Translations under genes and position numbers: made by a program
DNA from: Paraphysomonas bandaiensis
Lineage: Eukaryota > Protista > Chrysophyceae
Length of the DNA: 56,002 nucleotides
Direction of reading: 5' to 3'
Assembly (NCBI GenBank): GCA_965644295.1
Contig: CBFFRP010000260.1
Coordinates: 1-56,002, forward strand
The notes under the pieces: generated by a model
Seen by the model: only the letters and a program-made list of their open reading frames with translations
What the model was told of the DNA's origin: nothing
The model's database searches: none
Part shown: positions 1 through 11,673 of the stretch, in pieces
Layout: each line of letters begins with the position of its first letter
How positions within the stretch are numbered: the stretch's first letter is position 1

Positions 1-1531
1 GGACTATATAGACCGATGCGAATTGTAGAAGTCCAGGAGGGAGAGATGAAAACTCGGCTGATCCTGTGTACATGCAGAGACATGAAACCTCCAACACACG
101 GACCGCAATCGGTATAGATGCATTAGCCATTACACCCCACGGCCGCAATGGAGGAGACACACATTAACGTCATTGTGAATTCGTTTACGGAGCTAGCGTT
201 TTTGAACCCAGTGTGAAAGGATGCTCAGCAAAGACCCCTGGCGGATTCAGTCTGGAAGTATTGGGCGAATTTCGGTTTTACTGACATGATCATATCTGAT
301 TTGGGACCAGATTTAAATTCAGCGTTATTCAAGGAATTGACCGATCTGGTGGGAGTTCGGCATGTCTTCAGCATTGCGAACAAGCATGTCAATGGTTGCG
401 AGCGGGTGAATAAGGAAGTGGGACAACCTTGCGAGCGTTGGTATATGACACCAGAGAGAAGGATGTTTTCAGTGACAACCTTCCATCCCCAGCGTCCAAA
501 TCATTCTCAACACACACACGGATCAGCAGAGACAAACCATGCTCCATTTGGGCTGGCTGCCGGGACACCAGACTCAGTCTATAGTGATCTCGCGAAGAGA
601 ATTCGAGGCGCGTCCTTGAGCATCTATACCTCCAGAAGATGCACGAGAACCTTCACCAGTTACGCAACGCATCCTAGACAATACCAAGAGACTCTGATCA
701 AGAAGAGAGTGGAGGGTCCTAACCAGAGGATGGGTCCCAGAACAAATTCCAGAAAGGGGATCCCTTTGGTCTTGTACGACCCAGGAGGAGTGAGACGGTG
801 GCGAAGCTGTCTACAAAACGCAAGGGACCTTTCGAGGGTAGTTCACCAGTACAAGAATGACGTAGACTGCAGAGGCTGTGACTGACAGGGGCTATTCACA
901 AATATTCTGCCCAACTGACCTGAGATTGCCACAGCTGTGGGTTCAAAGGAAGGATGTCCGTGGAAGCCGCCTACTTCCGAGATCAAGAGCAATTCAGAGT
1001 CATGGTGATTCATGGGTACAAGGGAGATTCCAACCACCGTACTAGCATGACATTCATTGTGGGAAGCATGCAGATGGGGACATACTGGAAGTACCATGGA
1101 GTAGAGATCTATTCGATTGTCAGGCATATGAAGATTTCTGTAAATCTAGGAAGTACTTACATCACCTCATCCTGGATCAGAATCAGGTCACTCCTTTCAA
1201 GACTCAGCTCAGGAGGGCAGACGTCACAGCAGTGCAAGAAGTAGGTGATAGAGTGTATGTGGATCTTCGTTTCTTTGAGGATCAGTGGTATCAGAGCTTG
1301 GACCTTCCAGACTTTTCTACAAAATCGTATGTGGTGGTCTTCGAATACACGCATTGGTACCACAGGACATCTAAAAAGAAGATTAGCGCTCGTTTTCTGC
1401 TTAATGGTGCTACTTACGCCCTCGATAATTATCTTGTGTTTGCGTGGGGCTCAGTCAAGACCTTCGATGAGACCTACATGGTGCTGGTGGATGCAGACAT
1501 AGCCAAAAGGTATCCCCGCATAGTTGAATAG
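1..1531 (+). mobile_element. Ty3/Gypsy pol 3' part (integrase core, GPF-type motif, chromodomain-like region, extra C-terminal domain), heavily frameshifted, cut by the window start
   Basis: Integrase-like peptides across frames: IISDLGPDLNS, HVNGCERVNKEV, HAPFGL, GPF..VVHQYKNDV, then FRVMVIHGYKG..MTFIV (chromo-like). Followed by the purine tract AGAGAGAGGGGAGGGGCAG and TGTAAC. Confidence 0.8.
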
Positions 1532-1556
1532 CATAACAGAGAGAGGGGAGGGGCAG

Positions 1557-2299
1557 TGTAACGCCGAGGCGTCAAACTCATCGCATACCACAAAAGACCA
1601 GTGAGGTTAATATGCTACAAGGGGGCTCTAGTGGACTGTGTGTGTATGTACAGCCTGCATCTTATCTTCGGATGAAGACACACTTCCACTTCACTCTCGG
1701 ATTACAAGTGCCACTGTTTTTGCTGTATGGGCAATGGAGAGATCTGATTGGTGTACTCGAGTTATACTGTTTTGTATACTGTATGGTGTTGGAATACGGA
1801 CTGTACTTGGTGGTGATGTGTTTGCAGAGTGTGTTGTGTGACACGAGGTACATAAGTACGCAATGATGCAGTTATAGGTACATGTAGGGAATATCATTAT
1901 ACAGATTATACAGCTGCTGTATTATGTATTACTGCTGAACGCTGATTGGCTAGTCACTGCATTTTTGGTCTGTGGCTGTTGAGTTGGTTTAAGGCTCTTC
2001 CTATAGGCCTCTACGTAAATCTTCCAGAAGGTGAATATCTCCACAAAATTGGTGAAATGTTGCTGAATTTTCTGCAGAATATTGTTCTATGTTCTCTGCT
2101 GTGTTTCTAGATAGTTCATAGAATGTAAATGGTTCTGTATGAGTTGTTTGTGTTCTATGTGCTGTCATTATTATGTTACTAGCCTTGCTGTTAACACGTT
2201 TGAGGAGGTGTCTTCAGATAAGTGCTTGAGGGTGCTCAGGCAGTTGCAGGGCAAAGTAATAAGCATTTTTATCTCTATATTAGCTAGTTACTTGTTACA
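1557..2299 (+). repeat. Putative 3' LTR of the Gypsy element (TGTAAC...GTTACA)
   Basis: Starts with TG directly after the polypurine tract (1538-1556). GTTACA at 2294-2299 is the exact inverted complement of TGTAAC, and Copia sequence begins right after it. Confidence 0.65.
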
Positions 2300-3645
2300 T
2301 TCGCACATTCATTTCATATACATAGCTGCACCCGGTGTGATACCCCGGGTTTGGTCATATCCTATGCAGCAGTTCCAACTCATCTTCTCCATATACTGAT
2401 CAGTCAAATTTGCTTCTGGTGCACCCCTACTACAGCTGGATACATCTGGCAGACTCAGTAAGGTTTGCGTAGGGACCGCAGTCATACCATTAAGCATGGG
2501 TCCCTCCAATAATAATACTATCGCTCCAGTGTTGTGATCCACAATTCGAATTCCATTCCAAACGATGAACTCATAACCCATATCGTTCAAACGTTTCCCC
2601 GAACACAGAAATCTGTTGATATCTTCGGATACTGTATTCGATACCCTTCCAGTCGTTTACCCTTCCTGTTGCCGTTACATTGATCACCGTTCCTTTCTTG
2701 GAGCCTCTGATAACTCTAGCTGATGGAATTGATTCATCGAATACTTGCTGATCATTTATCAAAAACATAGACGATGAGCAGCATGTATCTATGTATGTAT
2801 AGTGTTCAGCAGTAGTGTCAATCATACTACATGTGTCACTTTTATCACATATATATCAACACCGCAGTCATAAAGCATATTCGCTTCGGACTCCGAGTCA
2901 GACTCGGTACCTCCTCTGCGGATATTCTCGAACGTGAAAACCTTCCCAGATTTCTGGGGTCTCTTGGTCTTTCCAGTTGAATTTCGGGGACATTCGTTCG
3001 CGCGATGGTTTTTGGATTTGCATACTCTGCATCCTGTATATTCCTTACTGCCCGGTCTTTGTCCCTTCGTTTCCCCCTTTTTCTTCCTACATTGTTCTGT
3101 ATTATGATTGTGTATTATACCTTTCTTCGAGCAATAAGTGCACTTCCTCTTTGTAGATACTCTCTCTTTCTTTCGAGGCTTTTCAATATGATTCAGCTCC
3201 TCCGTGCTCTTGCGCTTCTTCTCTATGATTTTCCTCCCATACTTGGTGTCGTCGAACTGTTCGATACGTTTGGATAGCAATTCATATGGTACATCATCGG
3301 GCATTAAATACAGAGCATAATTCAAACCGTCATATTCATCACTGATAATTCCCTCCTTCAGCCGACTAATTTTTGATTCTTCCGTTACCGTTTGGTTATG
3401 CGCCTGAAGTTCACGGAGAAGCAGCTCAAAACGCAGTACATACTCTTTCGCGGTCTCCCCTGGCTTCATCTCGAATGATCCAAACTGAGCAAGTAGAACA
3501 CTAATCTTGTTTTGAGTGCTAACCATCTCTCTGGCGTTGAACTTGTTATTCCTTCCTTCAGCTGCCTTGAACTCCTTGTGCTTCAGATGAAACTTCTGCA
3601 GCGCCTTCGGACATCGCTTCTTCACCGCCTCTCAGCAGTATGAGT
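2300..3645 (-). mobile_element. Ty1/Copia gag-protease remnant (frameshifted), interrupted by the Gypsy LTR
   Basis: ORFs 2822-3625, 2571-2825 and 2309-2590: gag UBN2-like region, zinc knuckles CTYC..H....C and CRVCKSKNHRANEC, protease YIDTCCSS. Clearly homologous to ORF 48771-50432. Confidence 0.8.
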
Positions 3646-5297
3646 ATATATACACCTCTGTATCAGTATCGTACCCCAGAAGTTATCTCGGTGTAAGATC
3701 GGTGTAAGATGGCTTGGACGAACAAATGTTATCATTACCTTGGAAGCTAACTGAACTCAGATTGGCGGTGAAGACATCTGAAGTGCACAATGCTTCTGCT
3801 TCTTAGCAGGTGATTGGGAGCTAGTTTACACTTTGATTGAGATTTCTCGTGGTATTATGTATATTAGTAGGTTCTAAGTAGTAATTGCCGTTAATTTTTA
3901 CTTCGTAATATGTTAATGCGAACATCGTCTTATTTTAATTGAATACATGCTTTTTCTTTTCATAATTGATACAGATCTGCAATATTGCTGGTTTTTATAT
4001 TATTTTCTACTTTGCAATATATATTATACTGTGTTTATTATTGTTAATTATAGTACCTCTAGGTCGTATTGGTATTATATTTTTAGGTAGTACCTATAGG
4101 TAGTATTGATACATGCAGGCAGTGCCTATAGGTACATTTTAATATAAATAGGGATACTTATCAGTAGAAAATGTAGAGGTTATAGATACCACCTATAGGG
4201 AGGCAATTAGGCACGTGTATTAGTGCAATATCATATGTCGATATCGGCATCATTTAATCCAACCGTAAGTCCAACGCTCCTGACATACTCCTCATTGGGG
4301 TAACCAGCCATTAGTGGATCATTTTCTTCCAACACCATTCTTAGTACTGCAATAGCTGCACTTAACTTAGGCGCTTCTTCCATAATAGCAATAAATCAAC
4401 AACTATGGATAAGTCTACAATTACAATACTATTTACAAGCAACTTCCAGAGTGAAGAAATTGCATCTTATTATGAATAATTAATATATACTACCTACGAT
4501 TACCAGGTATCATGGTAATGTCAACATAATATTCTACTAATAGGCTGGCGTATTCATCCTCTGCAGAGTGTTACAGGTAGCACTAATATTCTATTTATGA
4601 TAGATGGTAGATATCAAGATACAAAGCACCCTATATCTAGGTGACAATGATTGACATGTTTCAATACACCGTCCTTATTTACATCAATACGTATAGGGCA
4701 CAGTGAGAAAGTAATATATCTTACATTCATATTAGTATATACATACTCAATTGAAGTTACTCTTGCGTGGGTCTCTCCATTATCGAACTCTGAAGCGTCA
4801 TTTTCTTCATATGCTCTGTATCATAGAATCAAAATTTCTAAATTAAATATTTTCACAACATAATTCAAGAACGTTACCGTAAGACTCCTCTGGTGTTACA
4901 TGACAATCGTATCCTGTATGTGAAGCTAACAGACATCTGCCTGTCTCTGGATTCTGTGGACAATATGCCGATTATTATTTTGAAAATGTGTAGTTTTGTG
5001 ACATTTTTGAGTGAAAAACCAGGGGATTTTTTAGTTTAGGTTGTGTAATTCATTTTACATAGTTCTTCTAGTTTCGCTAAACCCAAAAACTCACACACAC
5101 TACAATAGAGAATAATTTTTCTCGTGTACACAACTCTCGAAAATCCTGTTTTTAGTTTTACAAAGATCGGGGGGGGTTTTCAGTTTCTGATGGCGATTCA
5201 CATTTCGATTTCTCGTAACATTATGGAGCACATCCCACAACATCTCAGAACAACAGAAGAAACAAACATCCATCTACTGAACAATGCGAGCCGAATG

Positions 5298-6956
5298 ATG
5301 AAGCTCAGGACCACCCCGTGCAGTACGCTGGCATTAGCTTGTCGACGCAATAAGTCTTGTCGATTTCTTTCCATTGACACCAACCTCATCAAGGGGAACC
5401 TGGGTAGGTTATCCCCGGAAGCCAGCGACGACCAGTCCGTTTTCCTCGAGGGCTTGGCGAACTGTCGAGTTGATCCCATTGGGGATGGCATCGATGTAAT
5501 TCATATTGATAACAAGTTGGGAGTGCCATGGGAATGCTTGGGCCCACAGAAGTTGTTTGTAAGGGAGTTTTATCCTGACTTGTTGAGAGAAATAAGGGGG
5601 AGAGACAGAAGTGTTCTCATTGGAAACCCTGGAATTGGCAAATCCTTTTTCCAGTATTATTACCTGGCTCGAATACTGAATCCGTCTTTGTTCGGACCCC
5701 TTCCTCCTGACTGCTACGGCTCCACCACCCCACCGAAGATAGTCATCCGCCAGGAGGGCACTGCTGCCATGACTATATTCGACATTGCTAATCGCCAAGC
5801 AGAGAGAGTTGATGGTTGTCCAGATTCACTTCTGGACTGTTTTGATCCAGAAACGTCATTATATTTGATGGAACCTGAGATATCTGTGGAGGAACCTTAT
5901 GCTGGAGGCCTTCGCATTCCCACTTTGGCCACCGTACCTCCGAATCTGGCCCGATATAAGGAATTCTGCAAGAACGGAGGAGCAGCACTGTACATGCCTG
6001 TTTTCACTCTTCCGGAGTTGCTTGCGATTGGGAAGTATTTGCTGGAGAACAAGCATGTGCCGGAGTTGCTGCAGCCGGAGTATTCTTCTGAGCAGATCAC
6101 GAAGCGCTTTCACCAATTTGGGGGTATTTTCCGCCATGTGCTGCCGGTATCTCTCGCTTATCTTGATATGTGTCGAAGTAGTCAGTCCGAGGCAATACGT
6201 TCGTGTAATGCACATGCACTCCTGGTCTCCGGCAATGTGGAGAGAGCGGACGTCAGTCATTTCATCATGCAATATGACGTGGAGAGGAATGGCGAACTCC
6301 CCTTTTGCAGATATCGCTTGAACTTTGTGAACGAATCCATCGCATCTCAAGTTCAAGATAAGCTTAACAATGGCTCTCTGGGCGACAGGAGATCAGCGCT
6401 GATTCGAAATGACGAGACAGGATTTATGGCGGATGCATCTGCTAAGATCTATGAAAGTGTCATTGTGGATCAATTGACATCTGCTTCTGGCGTGCGATGG
6501 AGAAAACGGGAAGTGATGGCCAGCTCAGAGGGGAAAGTAAGTGAATGGTCCGATTTCTCATTGAGGTTGAATGAAGCGGTTAAGGGGCGCCCTCCTCCGT
6601 TCGAGGAAATGCGGCCACTGGTGCTGTACGTGTCTTCGAATCCGACCTTTCCATCGGTTGAATACATGTACAAGACGGAGCAGGGGGAATTGGTTATGTT
6701 TCAGGTCACCAGAAACAAGTCCGCAAAGGTGATTATCAAGGGGAGTGCTTTGGAGCAGTTTTTGGACAAGATTAAACTTCCCGTCGACAAGGTGTCGCTG
6801 CTTAGGTTAGTTCTCATCCCATTGCCGTCGCTGGCACAAAGCGCACGATTCGAAGTAGCCGCCGAGGAGGACAAGATCCTAGTGAATGCGGCGCTGGAAA
6901 ATGGTTATGAAGTCTGGCATATTCCCAGTGATTATTTGAGCTATTTCGCGGAATGA
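5298..6956 (+). CDS. Crinkler/RHS-type P-loop NTPase + C-terminal restriction-endonuclease-fold protein, copy 1 (start uncertain; frame open from 5124)
   Basis: Walker A VLIGNPGIGKSFFQYY preceded by LFVREFY; RYKEF..YMPVFTLPEL; RFHQFGGIFRHV; C-terminal PTFPSVE..FQVT. The ATG at 5298 is the one conserved in copy 2. Confidence 0.8.
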   Translation: MKLRTTPCSTLALACRRNKSCRFLSIDTNLIKGNLGRLSPEASDDQSVFLEGLANCRVDPIGDGIDVIHIDNKLGVPWECLGPQKLFVREFYPDLLREIRGRDRSVLIGNPGIGKSFFQYYYLARILNPSLFGPLPPDCYGSTTPPKIVIRQEGTAAMTIFDIANRQAERVDGCPDSLLDCFDPETSLYLMEPEISVEEPYAGGLRIPTLATVPPNLARYKEFCKNGGAALYMPVFTLPELLAIGKYLLENKHVPELLQPEYSSEQITKRFHQFGGIFRHVLPVSLAYLDMCRSSQSEAIRSCNAHALLVSGNVERADVSHFIMQYDVERNGELPFCRYRLNFVNESIASQVQDKLNNGSLGDRRSALIRNDETGFMADASAKIYESVIVDQLTSASGVRWRKREVMASSEGKVSEWSDFSLRLNEAVKGRPPPFEEMRPLVLYVSSNPTFPSVEYMYKTEQGELVMFQVTRNKSAKVIIKGSALEQFLDKIKLPVDKVSLLRLVLIPLPSLAQSARFEVAAEEDKILVNAALENGYEVWHIPSDYLSYFAE

Positions 6957-7447
6957 GAAGGAACTATAGCAGTATTAGTGACAGTGACTTTTATGTCTTG
7001 TGCCATCATCATCACAGCAAGTGCACCTGCCTGCCTGCGGCTGAGGGGTCCACAGTGACCTGTGTATGTGTATCTCATATCTATCATGCTAGTGACGTTG
7101 TCTACTTATTACTGTCATACATAAGAATAGCAACTTATATTATATGGTATACACAACTCTTGTGAGTCAACTAATAAGCAACTTTGTACCACGCACTAGC
7201 TACTTCTCTCATGCATACATAATAGGTATTATCCGGAATCCGCCCGGACCCTTAATATCAAATAATCTCCCTTCTGCCCCCTGCTTTTTGCTTTTAATAG
7301 CGATGCGTTGTTTAGCGCTTAGAGGGGGTACGAGAGTTTTAAGTGCTTAAACCCAAGGTTGTTTTAATCTGCCTTGCATTGTTGCCCGCTTATTAGCCTA
7401 GTTTTACTAATTACTAATAATAAAGAGAAGGCACTGTGACTCTGTAG

Positions 7448-8500
7448 TATTGAAAGTCTTCTTATTTAGCAATAGGCGTTAAGAACCTGCACCAACTTAG
7501 TGGCTAGAAGAGTGCTAGACAAACTATTTAGACCTCTACCCGTAACTAATCAATACAAACTCTTTTATCCTACTATTTAACGCTACAGAAGCTGCATGTG
7601 CGTCACCACAAGCACCAAGGTGCGACCACTTCCGTTCTTAGTGTGTGTTATGAGGCTCGCCATGATCGTGTGTCCTGGGACTCACCGGCGCGTGTGATCT
7701 GGAGGTCTCCCCTTGGTATGAGACTCCACTCGCTATATGACTACACATACATTGTGTGCAATTTGCCTCGGGGACTGCCTTATGTACCTCACGGCAACCA
7801 GGGGAAACAGTACTATACCCTGCTGAGATTGGCGATCTGGTGGCCTTCCTTTAGGAATTGTGCCAAGTGGCTCGGAGGTACGTGGATGAAGGTCTTGCAA
7901 AAGGTTATGGCCTACTGTGAAGAAGCGTCGAAATCGACTCTTTTGCTGTCTTAGCCAGCGGTAGAGAGCACATGCAAGAGAGTGAATAGCTGGACAGGAG
8001 TGGGATATGAGGGTCAGCCGGTGCAAGCAACAGGGAGTCGTTGGTGCAAAAGAGGCAACATCTGATTGAGGAGAGGGGGACTGCGCAACAGAACTAGGTC
8101 TGCCAAGGTCGGGTACTCTGATAGACCTATGCACGAGATGATCGTGATGATGATGATGGTCTGGAGGAGACACTCGGACGTCCTCAGCTGCCCTTGTTAG
8201 TGTCTGTGTTGGTGCAGGGGGGTACAGGCTGAGGCATAGAGAGTGTGTGTAAGGAAGATGACGGCAAGGTATCAGAGACGAAGGGAGAGGCGATGGTTTG
8301 TCTGGGGGTTTTCTAGGAGGAGGCAGAGTGTACTGTGTGTGTGTATGACAGTGCAGCGGTGTGATGAGTGTGTTGGACAGAGAGAAGAGCCGGTGATGTG
8401 TCCAACAGTACAGGTAGACAGGTAGATGGACATGGTGATGTGTCCAACAGTACAGGTATACAGGTACATGTACAGGGTGGTACGCCCAATAGAGTACATG
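7448..8500 (-). mobile_element. Diverged 3' fragment of a non-LTR retrotransposon (LINE); far (5') boundary approximate
   Basis: 7448-7715 aligns by eye with 45135-45328 plus 47733-47800. Shares the terminus TATTGAAAGTCTT.TTATTTAGCAATAGGCGTTAA and encoded KGRPPD motifs. Confidence 0.65.
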
Positions 8501-8639
8501 TAGATGTACATGGGGTTCATATCTTATACAGTCACTTAAAGTACTAAACTGAAAACATCATCCTCTATCTTGTGTCTGATTTCATCTCAGAACAACAGAA
8601 GAAACAAACATCCATCTACTGAACAATGCGAGCCGAACG

Positions 8640-10304
8640 ATGAAGCTCAGGACCATCCCGTGCAGTACGCTGGCATTAGCTTGTCGACGCAATAAGTCTT
8701 GTCGATTTCTTTCCATTGACACCAACCTCATCGACGACACAGAAACGTACTTTGACTTTAGACCGAAACGAGACAAGAACCAGACCGATTTCCTCGAGGG
8801 CTTGGCGAACTGTCGAGTTGATCCCATTGGGGATGGCATCGATGTAATTCATATTGATAACAAGTTGGGAGTGCTATGGGAATGCTTGGGCCCACAGAAG
8901 TTGTTTGTAAGGGAGTTTTATCCTGACTTGTTGAGAGAAATAAGGGGGAGAGACAGAAGTGTTCTCATTGGAAACCCTGGAATTGGCAAATCCTTTTTCC
9001 AGTATTATTACCTGGCTCGAATACTGAATCCGTCTTTGTTCGGGCCCCTTCCACCTGACTGCTACGGCTCCACCACCCCACCGAAGATAGTCATCCGCCA
9101 GGAGGGCACTGCTGCCATGACTATATTCGACATTGCTAATCGCCAAGCAGAGAGAGTTGATGGTTGTCCAGATTCACTTCTGGACTGTTTTGATCCAGAA
9201 ACGTCATTATATTTGATGGAACCTGAGATATCTGTGGAGGAACCTTATGCTGGAGGCCTTCGCATTCCCACTTTGGCCACCGTACCTCCGAATCTGGCCC
9301 GATATAAGGAATTCTGCAAGAACGGAGGAGCAGCACTGTACATGCCTGTTTTCACTCTTCCGGAGTTGCTTGCGATTGGGAAGTATTTGCTGGAGAACAA
9401 GCATGTGCCGGAGTTGCTGCAGCCGGAGTATTCTTCTGAGCAGATCACGAAGCGCTTTCACCAATTTGGGGGTATTTTCCGCCATGTGCTGCCGGTATCT
9501 CTCGCTTATCTTGATATGTGTCGAAGTAGTCAGTCCGAGGCAATACGTTCGTGTAATGCACATGCACTCCTGGTCTCCGGCAATGTGGAGAGAGCGGACG
9601 TCAGTCATTTCATCATGCAATATGACGTGGAGAGGGATGGCGAATTCTCCTTTCGCAGATATCGCTTGAACTTTGTGAACGAATCCATCGCATCTCAAGT
9701 TCAAGATAAGCTTAACAATGGCTCTCTGGGCGACAGGAGATCAGCGCTGATTCGAAATGACGAGACAGGATTTATGGCGGATGCATCTGCTAAGATCTAT
9801 GAAAGTGTCATTGTGGATCAATTGACATCTGCTTCTGGCGTGCGATGGAGAAAACGGGAAGTGATGGCCAGCTCAGAGGGGAAAGTAAGTGAATGGTCCG
9901 ATTTCTCATTGAGGTTGAATGAAGCGGTTAAGGGGCGCCCTCCTCCGTTCGAGGAAATGCGGCCACTGGTGCTGTACGTGTCTTCGAATCCGACCTTTCC
10001 ATCGGTTGAATACATGTACAAGACGGAGCAGGGGGAATTGGTTATGTTTCAGGTCACCAGAAATAAGTCCGCAAAGATGATTATCAAGGGGAGTGCTTTG
10101 GAGCAGTTTTTGGACAAGATTAAACTTCCCGTCGACAAGGTGTCGCTGCTTAGGTTAGTTCTCATCCCATTGCCGTCGCTGGCACAAAGCGCACGATTCG
10201 AAGTAGCCGCCGAGGAGGACAAGATCCTAGTGAATGCGGCGCTGGAAAATGGTTATGAAGTCTGGCATATTCCCAGTGATTATTTGAGCTATTTCGCGGA
10301 ATGA
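8640..10304 (+). CDS. Crinkler/RHS-type P-loop NTPase + REase-fold protein, copy 2
   Basis: 554-aa intronless ORF nearly identical to copy 1, with the same motifs. Confidence 0.8.
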   Translation: MKLRTIPCSTLALACRRNKSCRFLSIDTNLIDDTETYFDFRPKRDKNQTDFLEGLANCRVDPIGDGIDVIHIDNKLGVLWECLGPQKLFVREFYPDLLREIRGRDRSVLIGNPGIGKSFFQYYYLARILNPSLFGPLPPDCYGSTTPPKIVIRQEGTAAMTIFDIANRQAERVDGCPDSLLDCFDPETSLYLMEPEISVEEPYAGGLRIPTLATVPPNLARYKEFCKNGGAALYMPVFTLPELLAIGKYLLENKHVPELLQPEYSSEQITKRFHQFGGIFRHVLPVSLAYLDMCRSSQSEAIRSCNAHALLVSGNVERADVSHFIMQYDVERDGEFSFRRYRLNFVNESIASQVQDKLNNGSLGDRRSALIRNDETGFMADASAKIYESVIVDQLTSASGVRWRKREVMASSEGKVSEWSDFSLRLNEAVKGRPPPFEEMRPLVLYVSSNPTFPSVEYMYKTEQGELVMFQVTRNKSAKMIIKGSALEQFLDKIKLPVDKVSLLRLVLIPLPSLAQSARFEVAAEEDKILVNAALENGYEVWHIPSDYLSYFAE

Positions 10305-10991
10305 GAAGGAACTATAGCAGTATTAGTGACAGTGACTTTTAAGTCTTGTGCCATCATCATCACAGCAAGTGCACCTGCCTGCCTGCGGCTGAGGGGTCCA
10401 CAGTGACCTGTGTATGTGTATCTCATATCTATCATGCTAGTGACGTTGTCTACTTATTACTGTCATACATAAGAATAGCAACTTATATTATATTATGGTA
10501 TACACAACTCTTGTGAGTCAACTAATAAGCAACTTTGTACCACGCACTAGCTACTTCTCTCATGCATACATAATAGGTATTATCCGGAATCCGCCCGGAC
10601 CCTTAATATCAAATAATCTCCCTTCTGCCCCCTGCTTTTTGCTTTTAATAGCGATGCGTTGTTTAGCGCTTAGAGGTACGAGAGTTTTAAGTGCTTAAAC
10701 CCAAGGTTGTTTTAATCTGCCTTTGCTAACATGGTTTGGTATTCTGTAATCATATAAATTGTGATAATTGTGAGAACAAAGCAACAAATATTGTGATGAA
10801 AAAGTATGATTGTTGCACAGAATAGAGTTGTAAAATGAACGGTGCAGGTTGAATCCTCGTTTCTGATTCATGTGTTTTTTTAAAAAAATAAACTGGCACG
10901 GAAAGTGGTGCGTTAGGGTGGAAATGAATTATCCTTATTTAGCATATATGCACTCTACTACCAACTACCATAATGTCGCCACGCTGTGTAA

Positions 10992-11636
10992 TTAATTACA
11001 CAACGTAATACGACGCACCGTAAGAACAATACTACATCCCCAACTCCCTTGATACGCACAAGAAAAATTGAAAAGAATATTTACTTTGCTACCCACGGGA
11101 AATACCCTGGGTAAAGATTGGACAGATGAAGTAATATCGTTTCCGTGTTTGTCTATTTCAGGTACCCCCCAGGGGCCCGACACCGTGGTTGGAATTTGCA
11201 TGGTGACAAATTTCAAATTGTCTTCTTTTTCTTTCCTAATCAGTGGAATGTAACCACGCTCTTTAAGATTTTCTTTGCTGCGTTCCGGTGATACTAACTG
11301 GGTATCAATTGCTAATATATTGCAATAATTTGTACGCGACAACGCAACAACATTCACTTTAAAACATTTTCGAGTCAGATTTGTCTGTTCGCCATAGTTG
11401 GGGGCAATTCGTACGCCATTGAGTTTAAACAGTACTTCGCGCCGGCATGTTCCCTTTTTTTCATTCGGTCCATAGAACATCGTTGACTTCAACGTATATG
11501 CACTTATTCTATCTAACGGGTCGAATTGTATATGGGACGGATTAATGTCGCTTAGTCGCATGATTTTTTTTCCCTCCGTGGGGATACGGTCGCACTTTTT
11601 GGTAGTCGATTTGCGTTGTTGTTTGTCGGTTGTCAT
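10992..11636 (-). CDS. Putative virus-derived OB-fold ssDNA-binding protein (DUF2738-like, NCLDV/Polinton-like virus type)
   Basis: Intronless 214 aa. N-terminal LSDINPSHIQF, central YIPLIR, C-terminal FPVGSKVNILF..Y.GSWGCSIVLTVRRI resemble large-DNA-virus SSB patterns (by-eye recognition only). AT-rich upstream region. Confidence 0.5.
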   Translation of the reverse strand: MTTDKQQRKSTTKKCDRIPTEGKKIMRLSDINPSHIQFDPLDRISAYTLKSTMFYGPNEKKGTCRREVLFKLNGVRIAPNYGEQTNLTRKCFKVNVVALSRTNYCNILAIDTQLVSPERSKENLKERGYIPLIRKEKEDNLKFVTMQIPTTVSGPWGVPEIDKHGNDITSSVQSLPRVFPVGSKVNILFNFSCAYQGSWGCSIVLTVRRITLCN

Positions 11637-11665
11637 GGAATTGCTTGGGTGGATTTCTTTTTATA

Positions 11666-11673
11666 TCAGTTTT
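11666..11673 (-). promoter_or_regulatory. AAAACTGA, one mismatch from the giant-virus early promoter AAAATTGA
   Basis: About 30 nt upstream of the ATG at 11636, followed by TATAAAAAG. Confidence 0.3.

Larger units (their letters stand above)
5241..10723 (+). repeat. Direct ~2.1-kb segmental duplication (5241-7375 and 8583-10723)
   Basis: Near-identical sequence from CATCTCAGAAC through ...TAATCTGCCTT, covering the CRN/RHS-like gene and about 420 bp downstream. Confidence 0.95.

Noticed and set aside
1-3645. Dense frameshifts suggesting recoding or editing
   Set aside because: Better explained by TE decay or low-quality long-read consensus; no consistent slippery sites.
4040-4200. Repeated CCTATAGG palindromes
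   Set aside because: Short and irregularly spaced, with no boundaries or TSD; cannot be assigned.
5124-5297. N-terminal extension of CRN copy 1 from a GTG start
   Set aside because: Non-ATG start, and the frame upstream of the ATG is not open to a start codon in copy 2; probably promoter or UTR.
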